Shown here piece by piece: positions 22,283 through 35,883 of a DNA stretch of 64,000 nt. A program made the position numbers and the translations under genes. Within the stretch, counting starts at the first letter, position 1. Every line of letters begins with the position of its first letter. Below the pieces are notes generated by a model. That model made no database searches, was not told the DNA's origin, and saw nothing but the letters and a program-made list of their open reading frames with translations. Source of the stretch: Macrostomum lignano (lineage: Eukaryota); contig NIVC01001499.1 in assembly GCA_002269645.1 (NCBI GenBank), forward strand, positions 1 to 64,000, given 5' to 3'.

Positions 22283-25200
22283 AGCAAATGTAATGGGACC
22301 CAGGGCTGGCACAAAAGAATTCATTGAAGGCCTTAAAAAACGCAAGTTTGCCAAGTAAGCTTAAATTATTTTGTTAATGGTCTCATTTTTAATGGAATTT
22401 TTATCAATTATTTCTATGATTTGTGTTGCCAGCCTCCCAGATCCTCAGATGCTGGGCCAGCCTCCCAGATCCTCAGTTGCTGGGTCAGACTCTCAGATCC
22501 TCAGTTGCTGGGCTAGCCTCCCAGATCCCCAGTTGCTGGGACAGCCTCTCAGATCCTCAGTTGCTGGACCAGTCTCCTGGAATGTCAGTTGCTAGGCCAG
22601 CCTCCCAGAGTGTCAGTTGCTGGGCCAGCCTCCCAGAGTGTCAGTTGCTGGGCCAGCCTCCCAGAGTGTCAGTTGCTGGGTCAGACTCTCAGATCCTCAG
22701 TTGCTGGGCCAGCCTCCCAGATCCCCAGTTGCTGGGCCAGCCTCTCAGATCCTCAGTTGCTGGGCCAGCCTCCTGGAATATCAGTTGCTGGGCCAGCCTC
22801 CCAGAGTGTCAGTTGCTGGGCCAGCCTCCCAGAGTGTCAGTTGCTGGGCCAGCCTCCCAGAGTGTCAGTTGCTGGGCCAGCCTCCCAGAGTGTCAGTTGC
22901 TGGGCCAGCCTCCCAGAGTGTCAGTTGCTGGGCCAGCCTCCCAGATCCTCAGTTGCTGGGTCAGACTCTCAGATCCTCAGTTGCTGGGCCAGCCTCCCAG
23001 AGTGTCAGTTGCTGGGCCAGCCTTTCAGATCCTCAGTTGCTGGGCCAGCGTCCCGGAATGTCAGTTGCTGGGCCAGCCTCCCAGAGTTTCAGTTGCTGGG
23101 CCAGCCTCCCAGAGTGTCAGTTGCTGGGCCAGCCTCCCAGAGTGTCAGTTGCTAGGCCAGCCTCCCAGATCCTAATCCGCAACCCCCCCCCCCACCAAAC
23201 CTGTCTCATCAGGTGCCAAGATGTGGTGGTGACAGCCAAAGGCCACGAGCTGGCAGACCTGATTGACAAGACCAGTTTCCGCCAGCCATTCCTTGTGCCG
23301 AGTCCCGAAGGTTTGGACTTAGTTGTGCCACCAGGCAGCTTCACTATTCGAGATGTTGTGGATTCCGTTGGCAAGGACCGCCTCGTTGACGTGATTGACG
23401 TACAAGAGCAGCACGACTTCAAGATGAGCATGGCCGATTTCTTTAATTGGTTCTATCAGGTGTGTTCGCAGAGTTGCTATTCGATCTTATTATCATGTAG
23501 ATATTAATTACCGTTCTAAAACTAATAAATTAATATGAATTTCATGTAGTTCGATTAAGTCACTCCTAAAAACCACTGAAAATTACCTATTCTAAAGAGT
23601 CGGTCATAATTCTCTTTTTCAGAATCACCAACAAATTCTCATTCTAAGAATCGCTCACAAATCTTTATTCTAAGAATCGCCCACAGCCCCCTCCATTCTA
23701 AGAATCGCCCACAACCCCCTCCATTCTAAGAATCGCCCACAAGATCCTCCATTCTAAGAATCGCCCACAAACCCCCATTCTAAGAATCGCCCACAATATC
23801 CTCCATTCTAAGAATCGCCCACAATATCCTCCATTCTAAGAATCGCCCACAAGATCCCCCATTCTAAGAATAGCCGACAAACAAACCACTAATCTAAGAA
23901 TCGCCCACAAACCCCCCATTCTAAGAATCGCCCACAAACCCCCATTCTAAGAATCGCCCACAAGATCCTCCATTCTTAGAATCGCCCACACACCCCCGTT
24001 CTAACAATGGACCACAAACCCCAATCTAAGAATCGCCCACAAATCCGCATTCTAAGAATCGCCGCCAAACAAACCCCCATTCTAAGAATCGCCCACAAGA
24101 TCCTCCATTCTAAGAATCGCCCACAAGATCCCCCATTCTAAGAATAGCCGACAAACAAACCACTAATCTAAGAATCGCCCACAAACCCCCATTCTAAGAA
24201 TCGCCCACAAACCCCCATTCTAAGAATCGCCCACAAGATCCTCCATTCTTAGAATCGCCCACACACCCCCGTTCTAACAATGGACCACAAACCCCCAATC
24301 TAAGAATCGCCCACAAATCCGCATTCTAAGAATCGCCGCCAAACAAACCCCCATTCTAAGAATCGCCCACAATATTCTCCATTCTAAGAATCGCTCACAA
24401 GATCCCCCATTCTAAGAATAGCCGACAAACAAACCACTAATCTAAGAATCGCCCACAAACCCCCCATTCTAAGAATCGCCCACAAACCCCCATTCTAAGA
24501 ATCGCCCACAAGATCCTCCATTCTTAGAATCGCCCACACACCCCGTTCTAACAATGGACCACAAACCCCCAATCTAAGAATCGCCCACAAATCCGCATTC
24601 TAAGAATCGCCGACAAACAAACCCCCATTCTAAGAATCGCCCACAAGATCCTCCATTCTAAGAATCGCCCACAAACCCCCATTCTAAGAATAGCCGACAA
24701 ACAACCACTAATCTAAGAATCGCCGACAAACAAACTTCTAATCTAAGAATCGCCCACAAACCCCCATACTTAGAATCGCCCACAAACCCCCAATCTAAGA
24801 ATCGCCCACAAACCCCCAATCTAAGAATCGCCGACAAACAAACCACCATTCTAAGAATCGCCCACAAACCCGCATTCTAAGAATCGCCCACAAACCCCCA
24901 ATCTAAGAATCGCCCACAAACCCCCATTCTAAGAATCGCCCACAAGATCCTCCATTCTTAGAATCGCCCACACACCCCCGTTCTAACAATGGACCACAAA
25001 CCCCCAATCTAAGAATCGCCCACAAATCCGCATTCTAAGAATCGCCGACAAACAAACCCCCATTCTAAGAATCGCCCACAAGATCCTCCATTCTAAGAAT
25101 CGCCCACAAACCCCCATTCTAAGAATAGCCGACAAACAACCACTAATCTAAGAATCGCCGACAAACAAACTTCTAATCTAAGAATCGCCCACAAACCCCC

Positions 25201-28200
25201 ATACTTAGAATCGCCCACAAACCCCCAATCTAAGAATCGCCCACAAACCCCCAATCTAAGAATCGCCGACAAACAAACCACCATTCTAAGAATCGCCCAC
25301 AAACCCGCATTCTAAGAATCGCCCACAAACCCCCAATCTAAGAATCGCCCACAAACCCCATTCTAAGAATCGTCAACAAATCCCTAAAAATCGGGCCCAC
25401 ACAGGAAGACCGAGGCAACAAGATCTACAACGTGCTAAGCCTGGAGATTTCTGAGACTCGCCTGTCAAGCACGGTTGTACCGCCTAAACCAGTGAGAGAC
25501 CTGAGCCTGGTTAACCGCTGCTGGCCAGACGAAAGCGGTCACCTAAGCGGCGAAGATTGCCCAGAAGATGACACCCGCAATAAGCCCGAAGTGTTGAAAT
25601 TCTGCTTGATGAGCGCCGGTCACTCCTACACAGATTTTCACATCGATTTCGGCGGCTCTTCAGTTTGGTATCACATTCTCTGGGGCGAGAAAATCTTTTA
25701 TTTAATACCGCCTAGCGACGTGAATTTAGATCGATACGAATCCTGGATGGAGTCGCCGGATAATTTGACCGAATTCCTTGGCGATCGGTGCCCTGGTCAG
25801 GTGTATCAACTGAGAGTTACTACCGGTAATACTATTGTTCTACCCTCTGGTTGGATACACGCCGTGTACACGCCTATGGATAGCCTGGTGTTTGGCGGCA
25901 ACTTCCTGCATTTGCACAGCGTTGAAATGCAGATTCGGTAAGCTCTCGGTCTCTGAATATCGCCATAAGAAGTACAAATCGCCGATAATCTATAAAAATC
26001 GCCCCATATCTATACTAATTGCCGATTATCTGTAATAATCGCCCCTAGTCTATAAAAATCGCCCCTAGTCTATAAAAATCGCCCCTAGTCTATAAAAATC
26101 GCCCCTAGTCTATAAAATCGCCCCTAGTCTATAAAATCGCCCCTAGTCTATAAAATCGCCCCTAGTCTATAAAATCGCCCCTAGTCTATAAAATCGCCCC
26201 TAGTCTATAAAAATCGCCCCTAGTCTATAAAATCGCCCCTAGTCTATAAAATCGCCCCTAGTCTATAAAATCGCCCCTAGTCTATAAAAATCGCCCCTAG
26301 TCTATAAAAATCGCCCCTAGTCTATAAAATCGCCCCTAGTCTATAAAATTAATCCCTAATCTATAAAAATCGCCCCTAGTCTATAAAATCGATCCCTAAT
26401 CTATAAAAATCGCCCCTAGTCTATAAAATCAATTCCTAATCTATAAAAATCGCCCTTAGTCTATAAAATCGATCCCTAATCTATAAAAATCGCCCCTAGT
26501 CTATAAAATCGATCCCTAATCTATAAAAACGCCCCTAGTCTATAAAATCGATCCCTAATCTATAAAAATCGCCCTTAGTCTATAAAATCGATCCCTAATC
26601 TATAAAAATCGCCCCTAGTCTATAAAAATCGATCCCTAATCTATAAAAATCGCCCCTAGTCTATAAAAATTGCCCCTAGTCTATAAAAATCGATCCCTAA
26701 TCTATAAAAATCGCCTCTAATCTATAAAAATCGCCCCTAGTCTATAAAATCGCCCCTAGTCTATAAAAATCGCCCCTAGTCTATAAAAATCGCCCCTAGT
26801 CTATAAAAATCGCCCCTAGTCTATAAAAATCGCCCCTAGTCTATAAAAATTGCCCCTAGTCTATAAAAATCGCCCCTAGTCTATATAAATCGCCCCTAAT
26901 CTATAAAAATCGCCCCTAGTCTATAAAAATCGCCCCTAGTCTATAAAAATCGCCACCAATCTATAAAAATCGCCCCTAGTCTATAAAAATCACCCTAGTC
27001 TATAAAAATCACCCTAGTCTATAAAAATCGCCCCTAGTCTATAAAAATCGCCCTAGTCTATAAAACTTGGCACTAATTTATTAAGATCCCCTATAATTTA
27101 TAAAATCGCCGATAATCTATAAAAATCACCCCTAATATCTAAATATCGCCCCTAATCTATAAAAATCGCCCTAGACTATAAATCTCGCTCCCTAATCTAA
27201 AGAAATCAATCCCTAATATCTAAAAATCGCCCCTAATCTATAAAAGCGGCCCAGCTATGAAAAATACTCCGCTCCCCAAACCACGAGTCGGTACTAAAAA
27301 CTTACCCCTTTTCCTACTAATTCTATGATTCAATATCATATCGAACAAACCCATCCCAGCATCCACGAGATGGAGCAGCGCTTAGCTACGGAGCGCAGAT
27401 TCCAATTCCCAATGTTCGAAAAGCTGCACTGGTACGCGGCCCAGCTGTTTCTTGAACAGTACCAGGGCGACTTGGATGACCAGGCTTTGCCGGAATTCAG
27501 CCACGTTGAGAGCATGCGCTACCTGGTACAGGCTCTCGCCAGGTGGTACGACAAACGTCGAGGCAGTCCCTACCAGGCCGAATACGTACCTGACAATCTC
27601 ACACTGCCTCCCAGAGTGCTGCTGCGGGACTTCGACCGGCTTATTGGACAGTTTTACCGGGTGCACTGTCGGCGCAGGGGGGACAGTGCTGGCGGCAAGG
27701 TTTGATGCTTGTCTATTAGTGGTCTCTGAGACTGAACCTTCAGCAACACCCTTCCAGATCCTCAGGCTGAACCTTCAGACACACCCTCCCAGATCCTCAG
27801 GCTGAGCCTTCAGCCTTCAGCCACACCCTCCCAGATCCTCAGGCTGAGCCTTCAGCCTTCAGCCACACCCTCCCAGATCCTCAGGCTGAATCTTCACCAA
27901 CACCCTCCCAGATCCTCAGGCTGAGCCTTCAGCAACACCCTCCCAGATCCTTAGGCTGAACCTTCAGCCGCACCCTCCCAGATCCTCAGGCTGAGCCTTC
28001 AGCCTTCAGCAAAACCCTCCCAGATCCTCAGGCTGAGCCTTCAGCCACACCCTCCCAGATCCTCAGGCTGAGCCTTCAGCCTTCAGCCACACCCTCCCAG
28101 ATCCTCAGGCTGAATCTTCAGCAACACCCTCCCAGATCCTCAGGCTGAACCTTCAGCCGCACCCTCCCAGATCCTCAGGCTGAGCCTTCAGCAACACCCT

Positions 28201-31074
28201 CCCAGATCCTCAGGCTGAACCTTCAGCCGCACCCTCCCAGATCCTGACGCTGAGCCTTCAGCCTTCAGCCACACCCTCCCAGATCCTCAGGCTGAGCCTT
28301 CAGCCACACCCTCCCAGATCCTTAGGCTGAGCCTTCAGCCTTCAGCCACACCCTCCCAGAACCTTCAGCCACACCCTCCCAGAACCTTCAGCCACACCCT
28401 CCCAGAACCTTCAGCCACACCCTCCCAGATCCTCAGGCTGAACCTTCATTGATATCTTATAGGGGCTTAATTTTACTTGTAGCTGACCATTTCTTTCTAC
28501 TTTCCTCCTCGTGGTCTTTAGGGCGCAGGAAACGGCGGTCCCAAAGGCGGCGGCATCAAACTGAAAATCAAGCGCCAGCCAGAAAGCAAAGGCAGTCGAA
28601 AAATTGTCAAACACGTCATGTGAGTCCAAATAGAATTTGATAGATATGCTTTATTTCTACTTAACTGCCCTGCGTCTTATAAGTAGTGTAGTGTGGATAT
28701 AAATCAAATTATTGTTTTATTCCTTTTCTATAAATTCGCCTTCATTTAGCGAACAGGTGGACTCGATCACTGCTTCGAGTCCGAAACGAAATTTCGACCA
28801 ACGCGATAGCAGCGCCACTTCAAGCAAACAGCTTCACAAATACAAGAAGAAGCCTGGCAAAGGTTTAACTGCCAAGAAGCCTAATGAGTCATCTACTACT
28901 GGTAAACGACGGAAAACTTTGTCTAGCAGCGACGATCCGGTTGTAATTAACGAGGGCGACTCTTCGGCTAGCGACGAGGGTATTGATGTGGCCAAGTGCA
29001 CCGAGGATGAGCAGTTCTGTGAGTAGCCTGGTGGCTTAGATATTTCTGGGTCTCTAATTAGGTTTGTGGGTCACTAATTAAGTTTGTGGGTCACTAATAA
29101 GGTTGGTGGGTCACTAATAAGGTTTGTGGGTCACTAATAAGGTTTGTGGGTCACTAATTAGGTTTGTGGGTCACTAATTAGGTTTGTGGGTCACTAATAA
29201 GGTTGGTGGGTCACTAATAAGGTTTGTGGGTCACTAATAAAGTTTGTCGGTCACTAATTAGGTTTGTGGGTCACTAATTAGGTTTGTAGGTCACTAGTAA
29301 GTTTGTAGCTCACTGCCCTCACTAATTATGTTTGTGGATCCCTAATTATGTTTGTTTGTAGCCTAATATAGCTCTCCGAATATGTAGCCTTTTTAGTGGG
29401 TCATTAAAACTCGACCCCGCAGTTCTCAATTGTTCATTTCACTGTGCTTTTTTTAATTACTATTTTAGACTACCCCACAGTGGAAGATTCAGACGAAGCT
29501 CGAGGCAGTGACAAAAATTGGAAGCCGAAGAGTCACTGTGAGTTCAGATTTTTTATTATGTATATTGTATTTCCTCTGGCATTTGCTCCGTGGAGGCAGA
29601 GCAGCTCTCACTGAAGGATCTAGCAGCTCTCCCTGAAGGATCTAGCAGCTCTCTCTGAAGGATCTAGCAGCTCTCACTGAAGTTAGGCTGAAGGATCTAG
29701 CAGCTCTCTCTGAAGGATCTAGCAGCTCTCACTGAAGTTAGGCTGAAGGATCTAGCAGCTCTCTCTGAAGGATCTAGCAGCTCTCACTGAAGTTAGGCTG
29801 AAGGATCTAGCAGCTCTCCCTGAAGTTAGGCTGAAGGATCTAGCAGCTCTCCCTGAAGGTAGGCCGAAGGATCTAGCAGCTCTCCCTGAAGTTAGGCTGA
29901 AGGATTTAGCAGCTCTTTCTGAAGGTAGGCTGAAGGATCTAGCAGCTCTCCCTGAAGGTAGGCTGAAGGATCTAGCAGCTCTCCCTAAAGTTAGGCTGAA
30001 GGATCTAGCAGCTCTCCTTGAAGCTAGGCTGAAGGATCTAGCAGGTCTCCCTGAAGGATCTAGCAGGTCTCCCTTAAGGATCTAGCAGGTCTCTCTGAAG
30101 GATCTAGCAGCTCTCACTGAAGGATCTAGCAGCTCTCCCTGAAGGTAGGCTGAAGGATCTAGCAGCTCTCCCTAAAGTTAGGCTGAAGGATCTAGCAGCT
30201 CTCCTTGAAGCTAGGCTGAAGGATCTAGCAGGTCTCCCTGAAGGATCTAGCAGGTCTCCCTTAAGGATCTAGCAGGTCTCTCTGAAGGATCTAGCAGCTC
30301 TCACTGAAGGATCTAGCAGCTCTCCCTGAAGGATCTAGCAGCTCTCACTGAAGGATCTAGCAGCTCTCACTGAAGGATCTAGCAGCTCTCCCTAAAGGAT
30401 CTAGCAGCTCTCACTGAAGGATCTAGCAGCTCTCACTGAAGGATCTAGCAGCTCTTCCTGAAGGATCTAGCAGCTCTTCCTGAAGGATCTAGCAGCTCGC
30501 CCTGTACGATCTAGCAGCTTTCCCTGAAGGATCTAGCAGCTTTCCCTGAAGGATCTAGCAGCTCTTCCTGAAGGATCTAGCAGCTCGCCCTGTACGATCT
30601 AGCAGCTTTCCCTGAAGGATCTAGCAGCTTTCCCTGAAGGATCTAGCAGCTCTTCCTGAAGGATCTAGCAGCTCTCCCTGAAGGATCTAGCAGCTTTCCC
30701 TGAAGGATCTAGCAGCTTTCCTTGAAGGATCTAGCAGCTTTCCCTGAAGGATCTAGCAGCTCTCCCTGAAGGATCTAGCAGCTCTCTCTGAAGAATATAG
30801 CAGCTATACCTGAATTAAACCTGAAGGCCAATGTCCTTCTCCAAGGACTAGTCAATGACCTTCAAACGTCACAGAAAGCAAATCTTACTAAATAGAACAC
30901 CAATTTTCAGCCGACAAGGCAAAGCTTCGTGAAATGCGTCACCCTGAACAGCAGCAGAAGCAGTATGCAACAACAAAGCCAAAATCTGTTGCAAGCAGCC
31001 ATCATAATCATCAGCCCAGCACCGCCAAGCAACGCTTGGGCAAAAAACTCGGCTTGTTCAAGTCATCTCGATGA
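22283..31074 (+). CDS. KDM7: KDM7/PHF8/PHF2-family JmjC histone lysine demethylase (5' end / PHD exon not located)
   Basis: Phase-consistent exons 22283-22354, 23213-23459, 25405-25937, 27360-27699, 28522-28619, 28750-29018, 29469-29537, 30911-31074 (TGA). Motifs: GTKEFIEGLKKRKF, YNVLSLEISETRL, TDFHIDFGGSSVWYH..GEKIF, WIHAVYTP (intact H-x-D...H), FQFPMFE, YPTVEDSD and C-terminal TAKQRLGKKL. Confidence 0.93.
22425..23172 (+). repeat. 28-bp minisatellite GGCCAGCCTCCCAGA(GTG/TCC)TCAGTTGCTG filling KDM7 intron 1
   Basis: Direct tandem units, roughly 27 copies. Confidence 0.95.
23590..25395 (+). repeat. ~26-bp minisatellite CCATTCTAAGAATCGCCCACAAACCC filling KDM7 intron 2, with higher-order blocks
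   Basis: Direct units; the marker CTAACAATGGACC recurs at 24001, 24274, 24548 and 24983. Confidence 0.95.
26030..27260 (+). repeat. 20/21-bp minisatellite AAAATCGCCCCTAGTCTATA filling KDM7 intron 3
   Basis: Homogeneous centre with degenerate edges. Confidence 0.95.
27730..28447 (+). repeat. 35-bp minisatellite CCTTCAGCCACACCCTCCCAGATCCTCAGGCTGAA filling KDM7 intron 4
   Basis: Same unit as 42105-45065. Confidence 0.95.
29055..29345 (+). repeat. 20-bp minisatellite GGTTTGTGGGTCACTAATAA in KDM7 intron 6
   Basis: Direct tandem units. Confidence 0.93.
29600..30815 (+). repeat. 22-bp minisatellite GAAGGATCTAGCAGCTCTCCCT (with 34-bp variants) filling KDM7 intron 7
   Basis: Direct tandem units. 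Confidence 0.95.
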
Positions 31075-31999
31075 TTGACTTCGCCTCCAAATTGCCTGTT
31101 AATTAATTGCTTTTTTCGAAACAGTTTACTCAGAGTTTAATTCTAGCAATATTGTCATAATTCCTAGTGGAGTTGCAACTCAACAAGGTGTAAAAAAATT
31201 CTAGTTATCAAGTTAATTTGACTCTGCAATTTTTTTGGAATTGCGGTACAAAGTTTGAATCTGACTTTAATTTGTTTAGCATTTTTTGTTATTATAATTT
31301 CGTTTTTTTCTCTCTGGCGTCTTTAGATATCACTCCCGACACTGCTGTTATTTTGTAGTTGACAAATTAATTAATTTCCTGTCTGTTTCAAAATTTATCG
31401 ACTGCATGCGCATGATCGGTGGTGTTACTTTGAGTAGTATGATGAATTCCTGGTTATTTAAAGTTGAACTTGTAAAGATATTATTATTATTGTAAGTTGA
31501 TAGAAATTGATCTATTATAAAATATTGTGTGCTAATGACACTACTTATTTGAGTAACGCAGCTACGCTTTTTATAACAGTTTTTTGTCGTTTGTAAATAA
31601 AAAATGGTATATTACTTTATAATTGATCTGTGTAAATTTTAGCAAATTGTTTATGCGCGCGAAAAGCTTTACTCAGGCAGCAAAAGAGCGATTTCAGTCG
31701 TTCTGTTGTTAAACGAATTTCTGCCAACTCATAATTTAGTATACTATATAATTAATTCAAGTAAAGAATTTGTTCATTTTCTATTCTGTTGGAATAAAGT
31801 TAGTAAAATTGTGTGTTTTAATGATGAGGCATTTTAAACTGCTGCTGCAACTGCAACAAAATTAACTGCTCATGTTCAATTAAACAATAATAATAATATC
31901 ATACTGTTTTCGTTACCATTTGGTGACTGAAAAAACTTTGACAGTGAAGTATGAATGATAATAAAAATATTAAATTTTATGATTTTTTATTTTTAATCA

Positions 32000-32905
32000 C
32001 CAATTCCTGCTTAGAATCGCCTTTAATCCCTGCTTAGAATCGCCGTGAATTCCTGTTCAGAATCGCCTTTAATCCCTGCTTAGAATCGCCTTTAATCCCT
32101 GCTCAGAATCTCCGTGAATCCCTGCTCAGAATCGCCTTTAATCCCTGCTTAGAATCGCCTTTAATCCCTGCTTAGAATCGCCTTTAATCCCTGCTTAGAA
32201 TCGCCTTTAATCCCTGCTTAGAATCGCCTTTAATCCCTGCTTAGAATCGCCTTTAATCCCTGCTTAGAATCGCCGTGAATCCCTGCTCAGAATCGCCTTT
32301 AATACCTGCTTAGAATCGCCATTGATCCCTTTTAGAATCGCCGTTAATCCCTGCTTAGAATCGCCGTTAATCCCTGCTTTTAATTGCCTTTAATCCCTGC
32401 TCAGAATCGCCGTTAATCCCTGCTTAGAATCGCCTTTAATCCCTGCTTAGAATCGCCTTTAATCCCTGCTTAGAATCGCCTTTAATCCCTATATAGAATC
32501 GCCTTTAATCCCTGCTTAAAATCGCCGCTAATCCCTGCTCAGAATCGCTTTTAATCCCTGCTTAGAATCGCCATTGATCCCTTTTAGAATCGCCGTTAAT
32601 CCCTGCTCAGAATCGCCGTTTATCCCTGCTTTTAATCGCCTTTAATCCCTGCTCAGAATCGCCGTTTATCCCTGCTTTTAATCGCCTTTAATCCCTGCTC
32701 AGAATCTCCGTGAATCCCTGCTCAGAATCGCCTTTAATCCCTGCTTAGAATCGCCTTTAATCCCTGCTTAGAATCGCCTTTAATCCCTACTTAGAATCGC
32801 CTTTAATCCCTGCTTAGAATCGCCTTTAATCCCTGCTTAGAATCGCCTTTAATCCCTGCTTAGAATTGCCTTAATTCCCTGCTTAGAATCGCCGTTAATA
32901 CCCGT
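32000..32905 (+). repeat. 23-bp intergenic minisatellite AATCCCTGCTTAGAATCGCCTTT
   Basis: Direct tandem units between the KDM7 and Sox 3' ends. Confidence 0.95.
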
Positions 32906-33394
32906 TTTTTTGTTGCCGTTAAGTCAAGCTTAGAATCGACTTATTGTCATAGCGGCTTGAATATTTAAGCAAAACGTTTTAAAGCTACTTAAATAAGTTA
33001 AATTTTAGAAGCACTATAAAGTCAAATCAAATTAAACATAATTTAGAGCAAAACAGCATGTTTTCTCTTTTGTTAATCAAGCCTTAAGCTAAAGCTGTTA
33101 TCTTCATCCTTGTTTAATTCACAACAATAGATAGTAAGCCTGTTCTCAATGGAAACAACCCTGTTACTCAAGGCAAATATGAATGCCAAACAACTGCAGC
33201 TTTTTGTGTCTCGTCAGCTCAGAAGAGGTAGAACAGGTCTTATTGTTTGTAGAATTTGTTAGACATTTTTCTATTGATAAGCACTGCAACTTTTGCAAGT
33301 AAGTCAAGGCAAAGATGCAATTGAACGCTTGCTTCTGCATGAACCTTTGTTATGCAATAGGGTGCAGTGCGTGTCCGAGGGAGCGTGACTTGAT

Positions 33395-33710
33395 GCTGGC
33401 GCCCCTTGTTGCTAAGGCCCTTGTTGCTAAAGCCCCTTGGTGCTAAAGCCCCTTGTTGCTAAAGCCCCTTGGTGCTAAAGCCCCTTGGTGCTAAAGCCCC
33501 TTGGTGCTGGCGCCCCTTGGTGCTAAAGCCCCTTGGTGCTAAAGCCCCTGGTGCTAAAGCCCCTTGTTGCTAAACCCCCTGGGTGCTAAAGCCCCTTGGT
33601 GCTGGCGCCCCTTGGTGCTAAAGCCCCTTGTTGCTAAAGCCCCTTGGTGCTAAAGCCCCTTGGTGCTAAAGCCCCTTGTTGCTAAAGCCCCTTGGTGTTG
33701 GCGCCCCTCT
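33395..33710 (+). repeat. 16-bp minisatellite GCTAAAGCCCCTTGGT bounded by GGCGCCCC
   Basis: Direct tandem units. Confidence 0.92.
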
Positions 33711-33967
33711 AAAATAGATATCCTGCATGGCTTACTCCCTAACTACAACAGCTTCCCTGCAAAGATCTTAATTCTCGTTCAAGCTCTTGTCAAGACCGAA
33801 AACAGAAATAAGACGCGGAGAAAGAAATATTAAAAGAAGAAGAAATAAATTAGCCCAGCAGAAAATTGCAGTCGAAGAGTGTACCGTATAAAATTTGCAG
33901 CTATAGTTTCATCGTGGCTTGGCGATGTTCTACCTGAGTATCTAGCCAGGCAGCCTCTTAATAAATG

Positions 33968-33972
<5 letters not shown>

Positions 33973-34023
<51 letters not shown>
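33973..34023 (+). repeat. (GA)n microsatellite
   Basis: About 25 GA units. Confidence 0.97.
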
Positions 34024-34028
<5 letters not shown>

Positions 34029-35883
34029 GAAGCGAGAGTAAGAGGAGAGAAGCAATGCTTGCTGCGGCTGTGTGCCCCCCCCCCAGCCACCATCACGCAA
34101 TGCTTGAAGGGCTTCTGAGCATGAACACGCGGCAATAAAAAGCATAAACTCCGGTTCGCGTGTGTATAGGCTTCACTCGGGGTCTCTGGTCTCTCTCTCT
34201 CTCTCGCTTACCGAACCGAGTCCAGTTTTGCATTGCAATGGACAGACAGGCCGAAGCACGAATCGCCTGTGCGCTTGAAGAAAAATAATATAGGAGCTTT
34301 AAACTTATTGTTATATATTATATGCGGAATAGCTATATAGTTATAACATACGAGCTATACTTGCGTTTCTGAAGCCCGAAAATCTAATGAGCTCTAACTG
34401 GTCCATGTGGTCCTGCCTTGGCTTAGTCCCTTACATTAGTCTCTAGGTCTAGGAGCATTAAATATCAATAATGGCGTATGGGTATGCATGTATAGTTAGA
34501 TGCGAATGCATGCACGATGTTAGTCACCAATTCACCAATACATAAACAATTATCCATTTTTTTGCCTCAAATTGGCCAGAGATAGGAGAGGCGAGGTGAA
34601 GCGAAAAGAAAGGAGAGGAGAGGTGAAGTTTTAAAGGACCCTTCTTGACCATATAGACAACATAGTACTGCTTCAACAAAGCTTCTGCTAAAGTTTGTAG
34701 AACAATGAGATAATAAATACGAGCGTAGTTTATTGATGAGAATAGTCACGACCTTATTTAATATCTAGTTAAACAATTACAAAATCCGGGCACTCAAAAA
34801 ACGTTATAAATAGAGAGTAGAAAAGGTAGAAAATACGAAAAAAATCATATTCAACAGCGATGCAATGTATAGTTTAAAATTTAATGAATACGCTAAAAAA
34901 GCAAGCTATATGGCTTTCAACACTCAAAAATCGATACATATATAAACATGTGAATAAGTAGCGATGAAATTTGTCATGTAATTTTTATGAACATTTGAAT
35001 GCGACACGGACGGAGCGATGAGAGTTCAGTTCAGGCATACAAAAGTCGATGTTAAACAACAGCTGTGAAATAAAAAATTAACGCAAAGATTGGCTGATTC
35101 CGAAGGTCAGTTGGCCGTGGTGAAAAAAAAGCGCTGGAAAAAAACACGAACGCAAAAAAACAAACTAAAATTGTACTTTAGAGTACGCAAGAATTATAAA
35201 CACAAAATACACGACTAAAGGCACACAATGCAATGTAAGAATGGAAGGGTTCATTCAGCTATTTGTTTAATTGTGTTGTGTAAATTTATATACATACTCG
35301 TAGAAATGAAGACAATGAGATCGTGTGCACTAATTTATCAGGTATTCAGAGCTGTAGAACAATAGAACAATAGAAGAAAATCGAGCAGTTAAAACACTCT
35401 CAAGCAAAATGTTTTTAGTGAAGTTTATTACGGGTAGATCGACCTTTTGAACATATTACCGTAAAAATAGTGGATAATTTAGCAAAACACCATTTAGGCA
35501 CGTAATTTAGTAAAGTTAATCATAATTTAGTTTCTCCCTAAACAGTTAACTTTGTAAAGTTTTGTATAGCTAGCAAATAATATGATTCATTTAGTTTACA
35601 CAGAGTTTACAAAAAATCAGGCCGTGTTTTGGTTTATGGAATAAAATAGGAATGAAACTAAATATTCTTTGTTCAAATTCGCTTGTCAAACAGTAGCTAG
35701 CAGACAAAAAAGAGAAAACTTCAATTTAGCTTCAATGTCCATGAGTTTGATTGGAATTCCACACAAAGCCCGTAAAGTAACTCTTCTCAAACCAGCAGGG
35801 AATATTTAGACTGTAGATTGCTTACACAAATAACCGACAGATATATCAATTTAGGCTGTATCGATCGCCTAATATTTACCGAA

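Noticed and set aside
22371-23507. Long ORFs across the 28-bp array (250, 188 and 296 aa)
   Set aside because: Translations of an intronic minisatellite; only 23213-23459 is a real exon.
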